Part shown: in pieces, positions 52,170 through 64,000 of the stretch
Position numbering within the stretch: position 1 is the stretch's first letter
How the letters are laid out: each line of letters begins with the position of its first letter
Assembly: GCA_013265495.1 (NCBI GenBank)
Contig: MU058485.1
Location: 1-64,000 of the forward strand
Direction of reading: 5' to 3'
DNA length: 64,000 nucleotides
From: Vicugna vicugna
Taxonomy: Eukaryota
The notes under the pieces: model-generated
The model's input: the letters and a program-made list of their open reading frames with translations, nothing else
The model's database searches: none
What the model was told of the DNA's origin: nothing
Program-made: the position numbers and the translations under genes

Positions 52170-55100
52170 AAATCTTGGAAAACTTACTCCTCTATCAAGC
52201 AATGACAATGGCAAAATTTGTCAAAATTAACCTCTGCAGAACTCTGGAAATTAAACAAAGGCTTCCAGCAATCCGGGGAGTGTTTCTTTGAGAAAAAAAA
52301 AACAGCTAAATCTCCATAAAGATAGTGAATTTTGTGGCATTGTAACTTGATCTACCCCATCCCCATATCCTCCCCTAAATGGTGGCTTTTAAAAGCAACA
52401 GTCTCACAATCAAGGTAGGGACAGAAATGATTTGAAGTTACCCAAAAAATCCGCCCCAGAGAGCTGTCACTATTTGACCTATCACAAACTCATGCTGTGC
52501 AAACAGCCTGTCCCCAGATTGTGTGTGGAAAACAATCAACAGTGAGTATTTAACATTACAACTGCCTGTGGCAGTGGTACCAGTTGAGGCTAACTAGATG
52601 CTGACTAGGAAACTTAGAAGGCAAAATTGAGTAATGAGACGTTCTGGGGTGGAGGTAGGGTTAAAAAGCTCCAAAAAATTCTGAGAATTGTAGAAGGCCG
52701 TACATATGTGTGGCACATGGCAAGGAAAGATCTGAGAAAATCTTAAGCTTTTTCAACTCTGGCTGAACTTGAGGTTCTGCATAAGCAAGAACTAAAGGCT
52801 ATGGAAGAGCTGCAGACTGCCTGCCAGTGCTGAGGGCATCCCTCAGCATGCAGACACACAGCCACCTGGCAACAGCTCAAACGATTGGCTCCAGGCATTG
52901 AAAGAAATCACTGTCCAATCATTATTACAGTGATGACAGTTAGGCTTTCTGCACACATACTGTTCTCATGGCCATGCATGATAAAGAATACATACTTTAC
53001 AGAATTTGTTCAGGAAAGTAACTAAATAAATAGCTGCAGCAGCAATGACAATGGAAGCAATGATAGACCCTGGAGATGAGGAAAATCTGGCTTTCAGATC
53101 TACCACACTGTAATATTTTAAATGTCCAGTTTTCAACAGAAAATTACAAGATGTACAAAGAAACAGAAATGTTTGGCCATAACACAGGGGAAAAAGTAGT
53201 CAATAGAAACTCCCTGAGGAAGCCTAGACACTGGACTTACTAGACAAAGACATAAATAAGCAATTACACATATGTTCAAAGAGCTATCATAAACCATGCC
53301 TAAAGAATTAAATTATGTGAACATCTCATTGTACAGAGAATATCAATAGATAAAATTTATATTAAAAACCAACTAGAAATTCTAGAGACACAAATATAAT
53401 GACTAAAATGAAAAATTCAATAAGACGTTTCTCTGTAGATATGAAATTTTTGAAGAAAAAGTCAGTTAACTTAAAACTACTGAGATTATCCAGTCTGTGG
53501 AACAGAAAGAAAAAGGAATGAAAAAGAATGAACACTGTGTCAGAGATAGGTGGGACACTCAACAATACCAATACACACATAATGGGAGTGCCAGAAGGAA
53601 GGAGAGAAAAAAAGGGGTAGAAAGAATATATAAAGAAATAATGGCTGAAAACTTCCCAAAGTTGATGAAAACATTAATTTGTACATCCCAGCAGCTCAAC
53701 AAACTCCATGTGGTATAAACGTAGAGACATCTAAAATAGGCACATCAGACTCAGTGTGTCAAAAGATAAGAACAAAGAATCTTGACAGCAGAAAGAGAAA
53801 AGTGGCTCAACATATACAAAGGCTCCTCAGTAAGACAGTTGAGTTCTCATCAAAAACCATGGAGACCAGAAGGCAGTGGGATGGTATCCTCAAAGTGATA
53901 AAAGTATTTTATAGCCAGCAAAGTGATTCTTCAAAAAAATTAAAGGAGAAATTAAGACACTCCTACAAAAACAAAATCTGAAAGAATCTATTGCTAGCAG
54001 GCCTGCCCTACAAGAAATACTAAGGATAGTCCAGCAGTTGTAAATGAAAGGACACTCACCTGAAAAATAAAGAGCACTAGTAGAGGTAACTACATGAGTG
54101 AAAAAATAAAACAGTATAAATAGAGTATTACATGTAAGTGTTTTCTTCTATTTGATGTAAAAGACAACTGCATAAAACAATACTTATGAAACTGTATGGA
54201 TGTGCTTAAAAATGCATAAAGGTGTAATTTGTATGACAGTGACAGAATGAGGAGGGGGAGGGAAAAGATTGATACCAAAGCAGAGTTTTTGTGTACTATT
54301 GAAATTAAGTTGGCATTCATGTGAACTAGATTGCTTTAAAACAAGATGTTAATTATAATCTCCAGGGCAATGGAGGAGAAGGAGGAGGAGGAAGAGGAGG
54401 AGGAGAAGAAAAAGATAAAATAAACAACAAATTAAAATGGCACACTTGAAAATGCCTACTTTGTACAAAAATGTGTAGTAATAGAGGAATGGGAAAAAAA
54501 AGATATATAAAAGCAGATAGGAGATTTAACTTCAACCTGATAAGAAATTACATTAATTTAAATGAATTAAACATTCTTACCAAAATACTAAAGGCAGAAA
54601 TGAACAGAATAGAGAATAGATGAACAGCAGAGAATAATCAACATAAAGAAAAGTTGATTCTTTGAAAAGATCAACAAAATTGACAAATTTTTAGCTAGTA
54701 CTGAAAAAAAAAAGAGAGAAGATTCAAACTACTAAAATGAGAAATGAAAGGAAGGATGTCACTACTGCCCTTACCAAAATAACAAGGAATATAAGGGAAT
54801 ACCATGAATAATTATATAGCCAATAAATGAGATAATCTAGATGAAATGGATAAATTCCTAGAAAGACATAAATGACTGAATCTAATTCAAGGGGAAATAG
54901 AAATCTCAAATAATCCTACAATAAGTTGTGACTGAAATAATAATTCAAAACATTCCCACAAGGAAATGCTAGGCCCATATGGCTTTGCTGGTGAATTCCA
55001 TCAACTACTTAAAGAAAAAACAAAAACAAACAAAAAATGCTTCACAAATTCGTCTGAAAATAAAAAGGTGGGCACACTTCCCAATTCATTCAATGAGACT

Positions 55101-57436
55101 AGTATCACACTGATACCAAAACCAGAGAAAGGCATCACAAGAAAACTAAAGACTATCTCTTATGCATATAAATGCAAAAGTTCTCAACAGAATACAAGCA
55201 AATCCAATCCAGTAACATATAAAATAGACCAGAATTAAGTAGGATGTGTCCAGGTATTCAAAGGCAGTTCAACATACAAAAGTCAATTCATGTAATACGC
55301 CATATTAATAGAATAATGAAAAAACTAGGAATAGAAGAGAACTTCCTCAACTTGACAGAGAACATCTATGAAAAACCTGGAGCAAAGATAATACATAATG
55401 GTGAAAGACTGAATTATTTCCTCCCAAAATCAACATTGTACTAGAGGTTCTAGTCAAAGCAACCAGACAAAGAAAATAAAGCCTCTAGATTAGAAAGAAA
55501 GAAATTAAACTTTTTCGATTCCAGATGACATGATATTATATATTGAAATCACAAGGAATCCACAAAGAAAAAAGAGAGAGCGAGAGAAAAGAAAAAAAAA
55601 CCTATTAGAATTAATAACCCATTCTGACCAAAATTGAAAGACACAAATCAATATATAAAAAAGTAATTATATTTCTATACAACAGCAGTGAATAATCTAA
55701 AAATAAAATGAAGGAAACATTTTCATTTACAATACCATCAAAAAGAATAAAATTCTTAGGAATATTAAAAATATGTGGAATACTGAGAAAAATGTCTGAA
55801 ACTTGTTTATTGAAAACTAAAATACTACTGATAGAAGTTAAAAATGACCTAAAATAAATGGAAACCTCTTCTGTGTTCATGGATCAGAAGCCTTATTATT
55901 GTTAGGATGGCAATTGTCCTCAAAATGACCTATAGATTCAATGTAACTCTGGCTTTTTGGCAGAAATGAACAAGCTGATCCTAAAACTAATATAGAAATG
56001 CAAGATACCCAGAACAGTCAAAACAATCTTGAAAAAGAACAAAGTTTTGGAGTTTCCAAATTCAAAACTCATTAACAAAACTGTAATCCATACAGTGTGG
56101 TACTTGCATAAAGGACAGACAGATAGATTGAGAGAAAAGAACTGAGAGTCCATAAACAAACTCTTACATGTAGACAGATAATTTTTGACAAAGGTGCCAT
56201 AACAATCTAATGGGGAAAAATAATCTTTACAAAATGATGCTGGGACACCTGAACATACACCTGGAAAGAAAGAAAACTGAACTTTTCTCTTAACAGCATT
56301 TATGAAAATTAACTCACAATAAATCACAGACCTGAAACTGTAAAACTTTTAGAAAATGAACAATGAGAAAATCTTCAGGACTTTGGATTACAAATACTTC
56401 TAAGATATGACAACAAAGCACAAACAACAAAAGAAAAAAATCAATTAAACTGGACTTCAGTAAAATTGAAAACTTCTGTGCTTCAAAGGACTTCATCAAG
56501 AAAGTAAGAAGACAATCCACAGAATGGGTGAAAATATTTCCAATATTTTCCCTGATAAGTGACTTTTATCCAGAATAGACAAAGAAGACTTAAAATGTGA
56601 CAATACAAAGACAAATACAATTAAAATGGGCAAAGAATTTGAATAGATGTTTCTCCAAAGGAGACATACAAATGGGAAATAAGCACATAAAAATATGTTC
56701 AACATCAGTAGGCATTAGAGAAACAGAAATCAAAAGCACAATGACATACCACTTCATACCAACTAGGATGACAAATAGATATGATATATTATATATAAAT
56801 ATGTTTCTATAAACCCGGTAATAAAAAGTGTTGATGAGGATGTGGAGAAACTGGACTCCTCATACATTACTACTGGAAATATAAAATGGTGCAGTCACTT
56901 TAAAAACTACTTTAGCAATTCCTCAAAATGTTAAATGTTGAATACATCCCAGCAATTCCATTTTTTGATATATCCTCAAGAGAACTGAAAATATGTGTTC
57001 ACACAAAAACTTGTCCATGAGCATTTACAGCAGAATTATTCATCATCAACTGATGGATGGATAAGCAATGTGGTGTATTGATAACAATGGCATATTATTT
57101 GAACACAAAAAGGTATTTGGGTACTGATATATGCTACTCCTTGGATGAGCCTTGACAACGTCACACTAAATGAAAGACGACAATCAAAAAAAGCAGCATA
57201 CTGTATGGTTCTACTTATATGAAATGCCCAGAACAGGCAAATCCATAGAGGCAGAAAGTAGAGTGTTGGCTGCTGGGGTCTAAGGGAAAGGAAGGTTAGG
57301 GAGTGACTTACTAAAGGGTACTGGTTCCTTTTGGGGGTGATGGCTACACAACGCTGAAATGTACTTAAAACCTCAATGCACACTTTCAAAGGCTGCATTT
57401 TATGGTATGTGAATTATATCTCCATAAAGCTGTTAT
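52170..57436 (+). mobile_element. Old L1 (L1MB-like), internally deleted
   Basis: ORF1 remnant (EIMAENFPKL), ORF2 remnants (LPNSFNETSITLIPKP), 3' end TGTGAATTATATCTCCATAAAGCTGTT. Confidence 0.85.
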
Positions 57437-57440
57437 TATT

Positions 57441-60400
57441 GAAGCTGAGCCCACCTATGAAGCAACTGGCACAGCACTGACTGTGGCATCTGGAGGGGAG
57501 TGACCCACCCACCCACCACGAAGGAGAGCAGCACCTTACTCAGTGTTGGAAGGGCACAATCTTCTTTCTGACAGACACTGTGAGCAGCACAGATGAGGGG
57601 CCAACAGAGCAAGCTGAGTTCGTGAAACAGGGCGAAGACAAAAAGACCTCTCAATAAAACCATTAAGAGCATAGTCTCTAGGAGAACACATCTTTGTTTT
57701 TTAAATCTTTTTATATCTGTTTTATTTTCTATTACCTTTTTAATCTTTACTTTTTAAACAGTTCTATATGTTTACAGTTCTCACTTCATTTTTAATTCTC
57801 TTGGTTTTGATCTGTTATTCATTATTCACAGGTTTCAAATATTGTGTTTTGATTTTTTTCTTCTTTTTATTAAGATTTTTAAAAGACATCTCAACTTGAT
57901 TCCTATTCTGCTTCAACTTGTTCTCCTATTATTGATTATACACTGTTTTCAAATCTTCTTTTCTTCCATTGTTTTAAAATTCTCTCTCTCTCTTTCATTT
58001 TTAAGTTTTATTCCTGCATAGGCTTTAGATAGATAAATAAATAAAATCCTTTAAGGACCACAATAGATAACTGATACTCCTTAAGCCACAGTGCCAGAGA
58101 AATATGAGCAATATGAAGAAGTAGAGGAAGTACTCCCAATTAAAAGAGCAAGAGAAATCCCCTGAAAGAACGATCAATAAAATAAGCATTGATGGCCTAC
58201 TAGATCAAGATTTAAAAAGGAAGTGATCAAATTACTGAAGAAACTAAAAGAGATAGTGTTTAGAGACATAAAATATGTCAAAAACAAAATAGAAGCTATA
58301 AAGAAGAGCCAAGTAGAATTGGTAAACTCACTGGCTGAAATGAGATCTGACCTAAAGGCTGTACAAAGCAGGCTAGATAATGCAGAGGAAAGAATAAGTG
58401 ACCTAGAAGACAGGACAACAGAAAGCACCCAATCAGAGCAACTGAGAGAAAAACAAATAAAAAACAATGAAAACAATATAAGGAACCTATGGGATAATAT
58501 AAAGCATGCCAATCTATGCATAATAGGGGTTCCAGAATGGGAAGAAAGAACAAAGGGGATGGAAAAGGTATTTAAAGAAATCATGACTGAAAACTTCCCA
58601 AACTTAAAGAAGGAATCAGACACCCAAGTACAGGAGGCTCAGAGGTTCCCAAACAGGAAGAGCCTAAAGAGACCCACACCAAGACAAATCATAATCAAGA
58701 TGGCCAGACTGAAGGATAAAGAAATGATCCTAAAGGCAGCAAGAGAAAAACAAAGAGTGAGTTATAAGCAAACCCCCATAAGGCTGTCAGATGATTTCTG
58801 TACACACACACTACAGCCCAGAAGACAGTGGCAAGATATATTCAAAGTCCTGAATGAAAAAAGATACAGCCTAGGATACTTTCTCCAGCAAGGCTATCCT
58901 TTAGAATAGAAGGAGAGATAAAGAATTTCACAAACAAGCAAAAACTAAAAAACTAGCAACACTAAACCCATTCTAAAAGAAATATTGAAAGGTCTACTCT
59001 AAATAGAATAGAAGCAGGATGCTACAGAAATGAGAACTCATAACTGGAAAGGTGATAACTACCATGAATTACAAATAGAATAAACATGAAATTGTAAAAG
59101 AAGACATCTAAATCACTGAGTGGGAGAGGGAAGCAAGAAAATGTAGAGTATTTTTTTCTTTCTTCTTTTTTTTTTTAATTTTTTGTTCTCGGTAGGATGG
59201 GTTTGAGATTACATTACTATCTGTTTAGTATACACAGTTACAGTAATTGGTTAACAGACTTACAAAAAAGTATATCCACAAGCCAAAAACTTACAAGTGA
59301 GTCACAAAAACTAAATACAATCCAAGATAATATAAAGGAAAATTACCATACCACAAAAGGAAGAAGAAAGGAACAAAGAAGAAATACCAAATCAACTGCA
59401 AAAATAAATTCAAAATAGCAATAAACACTCATCTATCATTAATTACTGTAAATATTAATGGACTAAATGTTCCAGTCAAAAGACAGAGTAGCAGACTGGA
59501 TAATAAAGCAAGAAACTTCAATACACTGCATACCAGAGACACACTTTAGGGAGAAGGACACATATAGATTGAGAGTGAATGGACAGAAAAAGGATATTTC
59601 ATGCAAATGGAAATACCAAAAAAGCAGGTGTAGCAGTACTGATTTCAGACAAAATAGACTTTAAAACAAGGGTCATAAAGAAAGATAAATAAAGACATTT
59701 TATAATGATTAAAGGAGCAATACAAGATGAGGATATTACAATCATTAATATATATGCACCCAACATGAGCACCTAAGTACATAAAACAACTACTAACAGA
59801 GATAAAGGGGGAAATCGATGGGAATAAAATCATTGTCAGAAAATTTAACACCACATTAACATCACTAGACAGATCTTCCAGACAGAAAATAAATAAGGCA
59901 ACAGAGAAATTTAATGATACAATAGATAAATTAGATTTAGTGGATATTTTCAGAGCATTACAACCCCCAAAATAGGATATACATTCTTTTCAAATTCGCA
60001 TGGAATATTTTCTAGGATTTATCATGTACTTGGTCACAAAAGAAGGCTCAACAATTGTAAGAAGATAGAAATTATCTCAAGCATCTTTACTGACCACAAT
60101 GCCATTGAAACTAGAAATCAACTTCAGAGAAACAAAGGAGAAAAAAAGGAAAGCATAGAGATTAAACAACATGCAATTAAAAAAGCAATGGGTCAATGAT
60201 GAAATCAAAGTTGAAATTAAAGAATACCTTGAGACAAATGAAAATGTAAACACAACCACACAAACTTATGGGAGGCAGCAAAAGCAGTGCTAAGAGGAAA
60301 GTTTAGGGCGATACAGGCCTTCCTCAAAAAAGAACAATATCAAATAAACAATCTAAACCACCAGCTAAAAGAACTAGAAAGAGAAGAGCAAAAACACCCA

Positions 60401-63050
60401 AAAGTTAGCAGAAGGAAGGAAATAATAAAGATCAGGGAGGAAATAAATAAAATAGAGAGTAAAAAAAAAAAAGAAAATAATCAATCAAACCAAAAGCTAG
60501 TTTTTTGAAAGAGTAAATAAAATCGACAAACCTCTGGCCAAACTCACAAAGAAGAAAAAAGAGAGAGCACAAATTTGCAAAATAAGAAAGGAAAATGGAG
60601 AAATTTCAACAAATAACATAGAAATACAGAATATTATATGAGAATATCATGAAAAACTACATGGAATAAAATGGATAACCTAGAGGAGATGGACAAGTTT
60701 CTGGAAACATACAGTCCACCAAGACTGAATCAAGAAGAAACTGACCACTTGAGCAAACCGATCACTAGGAATGAAATCAAATTAACAATAAAACGCTCCG
60801 TACAAATAAAAGTCCAGGACTGGACAGCTTCACCGGGGAATTCTACCACACATACAAAGAACTCATACCAGTCCTTCTCAAACTCTTCCAGAAGATTGAA
60901 AAGAAGGAATATTCTCAAACTCATTCTATGAAGCCACCATCACCCTGATAACAAAAACAGGCAAAGCCACCACCAGAAAAGAGAATTACAGACCAATATC
61001 ACTGATGAACACAGATGCAAAAAGTCCTTACCAGAATACTAGCAAATAGAATCCAACAGCACATAAAAAGATTATACATCATGCTCAAATGGGGTTCATC
61101 TCAGGGACACAAGGGTGGCTCAACATATGCAAATTAATCAATGTAATAATTCACATCAACAAGAGAAAGGACAAAAACCACATGATCATCTCAATAGATG
61201 CAGGAAAGATTTTGATAAAATTCAATAACCATTTATGATAAAAATTCTCAACAAAGTGGGTATTAAGGAAACATATCTCAACATCATAAAAGCTATATAT
61301 GACAAACCTACAGCCAGCATAGCACTCAATGGTGAAAAACTCAAAAGCTTCCCACTAAAATCTGGCACAAGACAAGAATGCCCACTATCACCACTCCTAT
61401 TCAACATAGACTTGGAAGTCCTGGCCACAGCAATCAGGCAAGTAATAGAAGTAAAAGTGGTCTAAATTGGAAAAGAAGAGGTAAAAGTGTCACTATATGC
61501 TGATGACATGATACTATACATAGAAAACCCTAAAAGGTCCACACAAAAACTACTAGAGCTGATCGAAGAATTTAGCATGGTAGCAGGTTATAAGATTAAT
61601 GTTCAAAAATCAGTTGCATTTCTTTACACTAATGATGAATCAACAGAAAAAAAGTAAAGAAACAATCCCCTTTAAAATAGCACCCAAAGTAATAAAATAG
61701 CTAGGAATAAATGTAACCACAGAGGTGAGAAAATTACACACAGAAAACTATAAACCATTGGTGAAGGAAATTAAGGAAGACTTTATAAAATAGAAAGGTA
61801 TCCCATGCTCTTGGATTGGAAGAATCAATATTGGTAAAATGGTCACACTGCCCAAGGCAATCTACAGATTTAATGCAATCCCTATCAAATTACCCCAGAC
61901 ATATTTCATAGAACTAGAACAAATCACAATAAAATGTATATGGAATCATCAAAGACATAGAATTTCCAGGGCATTACTGAAGAAAAAAAGAAAGAAGCTG
62001 GAGGAATAACTCTCCCAGACTTCAGAAAATACTGTAGAGTTACACTCATCAAGACAGCATGGTATTGGTACAAAAACAGATATATAGACCAATGGAACAG
62101 AATAGAAAGCCCAGAAATGAACCCACAAACTTTTGGTCAACTAATCTTTGACAAAGAAGGCAAGAATATACAATGGAATAAAGACAGTCTCTTCAGCAAG
62201 ATAAACATAAGACAAGATACAATAAACCTCCAGGAAGAAAATACAGGCAAAATATCTGACACACATCTCAGAAATGTTCCCCTAGGGCAGTCTACCCAAG
62301 CAATGGAAATAAAAGCAAGAATAAACAAATGGGACCTAATGAAACTTACAAGCTTCTGGACAGCAGAGGACACCATAAGTAAAACAAAAAGACAACCTAC
62401 AGAATGGGAGAACATTTTTGCAAATGAAACTGACAAAGGCTTGATCTCCAGAATATATAAGCAGCTCATATGACTTAATAAGAAACAACCAAATAACCCA
62501 ATCCAAAAATGGGCAGAAGACCTAAACAAGCAATTCTCCAAGGAAGACATACAAATGATCAATGGGCACATGAAAAAATGCTGAATATCACTAATTATCA
62601 GAGAAATGCAAATCAAAAGTACAATGAGGTATCACCTCAAACCATCATTCAAAAATCCACAAATGACAAATGCTTGAGAGGCTGTGGGGAAAGGGGAACC
62701 TCCTACACTTCTGGTGGGAATGCAGTTTGGTGCAGCCACTGTGGAAAACAGTATTGAGTTTCCTCAAAAGACTAGGAATAGACTTGCCATATGACCCAGG
62801 AATCCCGCTCCTGGGCATATATCCTGAAGGAACCCTACTTCAAAAAGACACCTGCACCCCAATGTTCATAGCAGCACTATTTACAATAGCCAAGACATGG
62901 AGTCAGCCTAAATGTCCATCACCGGATGACTGGCTAAAGAAGTGGTATATTTATATAATGGAATACTACTTGGCCACAAAAACTGACAATATAAGGCCAT
63001 TTGCAGCAACATGGATGCTCCTGGAGAATGTCATTCTAAGTGAAGTAAGC
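57441..63050 (+). mobile_element. Younger L1, partial 5' UTR, disrupted ORF1 (~58,105-59,002) and ORF2 (~59,415-63,050), 3' UTR missing
   Basis: ORF1 (RLDNAEERISDLEDR, NLCIIGVPE) and ORF2 ([28 protein letters not shown]-like zinc knuckle) peptides with stops and frameshifts; ends at CTAAGTGAAGTAAGC. Confidence 0.93.
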
Positions 63051-63078
63051 ACGGTAACAAGGAATAAAGAGAAGTTAC

Positions 63079-63213
63079 CTCCAGGTAAAATTATTTTGAT
63101 TAAAATATCCATACAGAAAGCAAGTCACCCCCACGACTGCTGCCAGGAGGAGCATCTGAGTGTAATAGCCCAGCCACGCAAAGTAGATTCCGACCTTCTC
63201 TCAGTACAATTTA
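63079..63213 (-). pseudogene. ANO6: ANO6 exon 8 equivalent
   Basis: [43 protein letters not shown], 135 nt; acceptor mutated (CAA), donor GTAACT. Confidence 0.95.
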
Positions 63214-63283
63214 TTGCAGAAAGACAGAAAGTAGTTTCAGAAGACACACATAATCACTCTGTGGCTTCACCCTCATGTTAATT

Positions 63284-63413
63284 TCTTTTTCTTTGTTTTT
63301 TTGTGGGGGCATAATTAGGTTTATTTACTTGTTTTTTAAATGGAGGCATTGGGGGTTGAACCCAGGACCTCATGCATGCTAGGCATGCACTCTACCACTG
63401 AGCTATACTCTTC
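63284..63413 (-). mobile_element. vic-1-type SINE
   Basis: GGGGGTTGAACCCAGGACCTCATGCATGCTAGGCATGCACTCTACCACTGAGCTATAC; flanking TTAATTTCT duplication. Confidence 0.85.
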
Positions 63414-64000
63414 CTGCATCATATTAATTTCTGATTCTAAATCAAGGGGGCTTTAAGTTTAAACCTCTGACTCAATTCACACTTAAAACGTATGTGTTTT
63501 CATAGCAGCCCCCAAATTCTACCGTGAAATAAGAAGTATTTTATGTGTCATAGAAGTACAGATCACTGGTTCACCTGCTGAAGAGAGATAAATGAGAACA
63601 GAGCAAAGGAGGGAACAAGGCTAACTCCAGAGCAAATGCAGGGGATCATCATCACTCATTTGACAGTCTGGCACATTCAACAAATCCCCTCAAAGATCAT
63701 TCTTAACAGGCTTGACACAAGTGGACATCAACAACTGGCTCAGTCATCTCCTCCTGCCTTATCTCGGGAACTTCCCTGGAGCAAATGCATCGTAAACCAC
63801 AGATAATAAGGAAATGGCTGATAATGATAACAACTGGGAGTGCAATATCTCTCTGACAAAATATTTATAAAACTCATTGTGGGAATGGGAGAGGGCAGGA
63901 GGGATGTGGCTGAGTAAGGTACTGCCCTGTATTCTTTGTATCTAGCACGACTGTAGTTGTTCCTATAAAAACTCTTCAATGTTTCTCAGTTAATCTGGAG

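Larger units (their letters stand above)
17572..63213 (-). pseudogene. ANO6: Unprocessed (intron-containing) anoctamin-6/TMEM16F pseudogene, exons ~8 and 11-18 (18 partial); may continue beyond the right edge
   Basis: Nine exon remnants in correct order and phase translate to ANO6-specific peptides; multiple stops, frameshifts and dead splice sites. Confidence 0.95.

Noticed and set aside
58223..63281. Functional L1 ORFs or an L1-host fusion protein (203-aa ORF 62,670-63,281)
   Set aside because: Both L1 ORFs are disrupted; the 203-aa ORF merely runs across the deletion junction into antisense ANO6 exon 8.

Overview
Mammalian genomic DNA, most likely camelid (it carries tRNA-derived SINEs of the vic-1 type). 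The window is a mosaic joined through a satellite block. (1) 17,572-63,213 (- strand) is an intron-containing, heavily disabled copy of ANO6/TMEM16F. It has recognisable exons equivalent to human exons 8 and 11-17, plus only the first ~22 nt of exon 18, which is fused directly to the satellite. Exons 9-10 appear deleted at a 3'-truncated L1. (2) 11,882-~17,580 is a ~247-bp-monomer satellite (~22 forward monomers) with a fold-back inverted segment and an A/B dimer layer at its left edge, abutting an ERV1-type LTR. (3) 6,786-11,391 holds a GC-rich candidate three-exon gene on the - strand (spliced ORF of 209 aa starting MFCCIP...RRLWPF). It has an ETS-CRE palindrome upstream and AATAAA downstream, and lies between two diverged ~1-kb direct repeats. 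The rest is ordinary interspersed repeat (L1, L2, MIR, MER2, MER5, MLT1, ERV LTRs). Family names, exon numbers and expected exon sizes come from recall, not from a database search.
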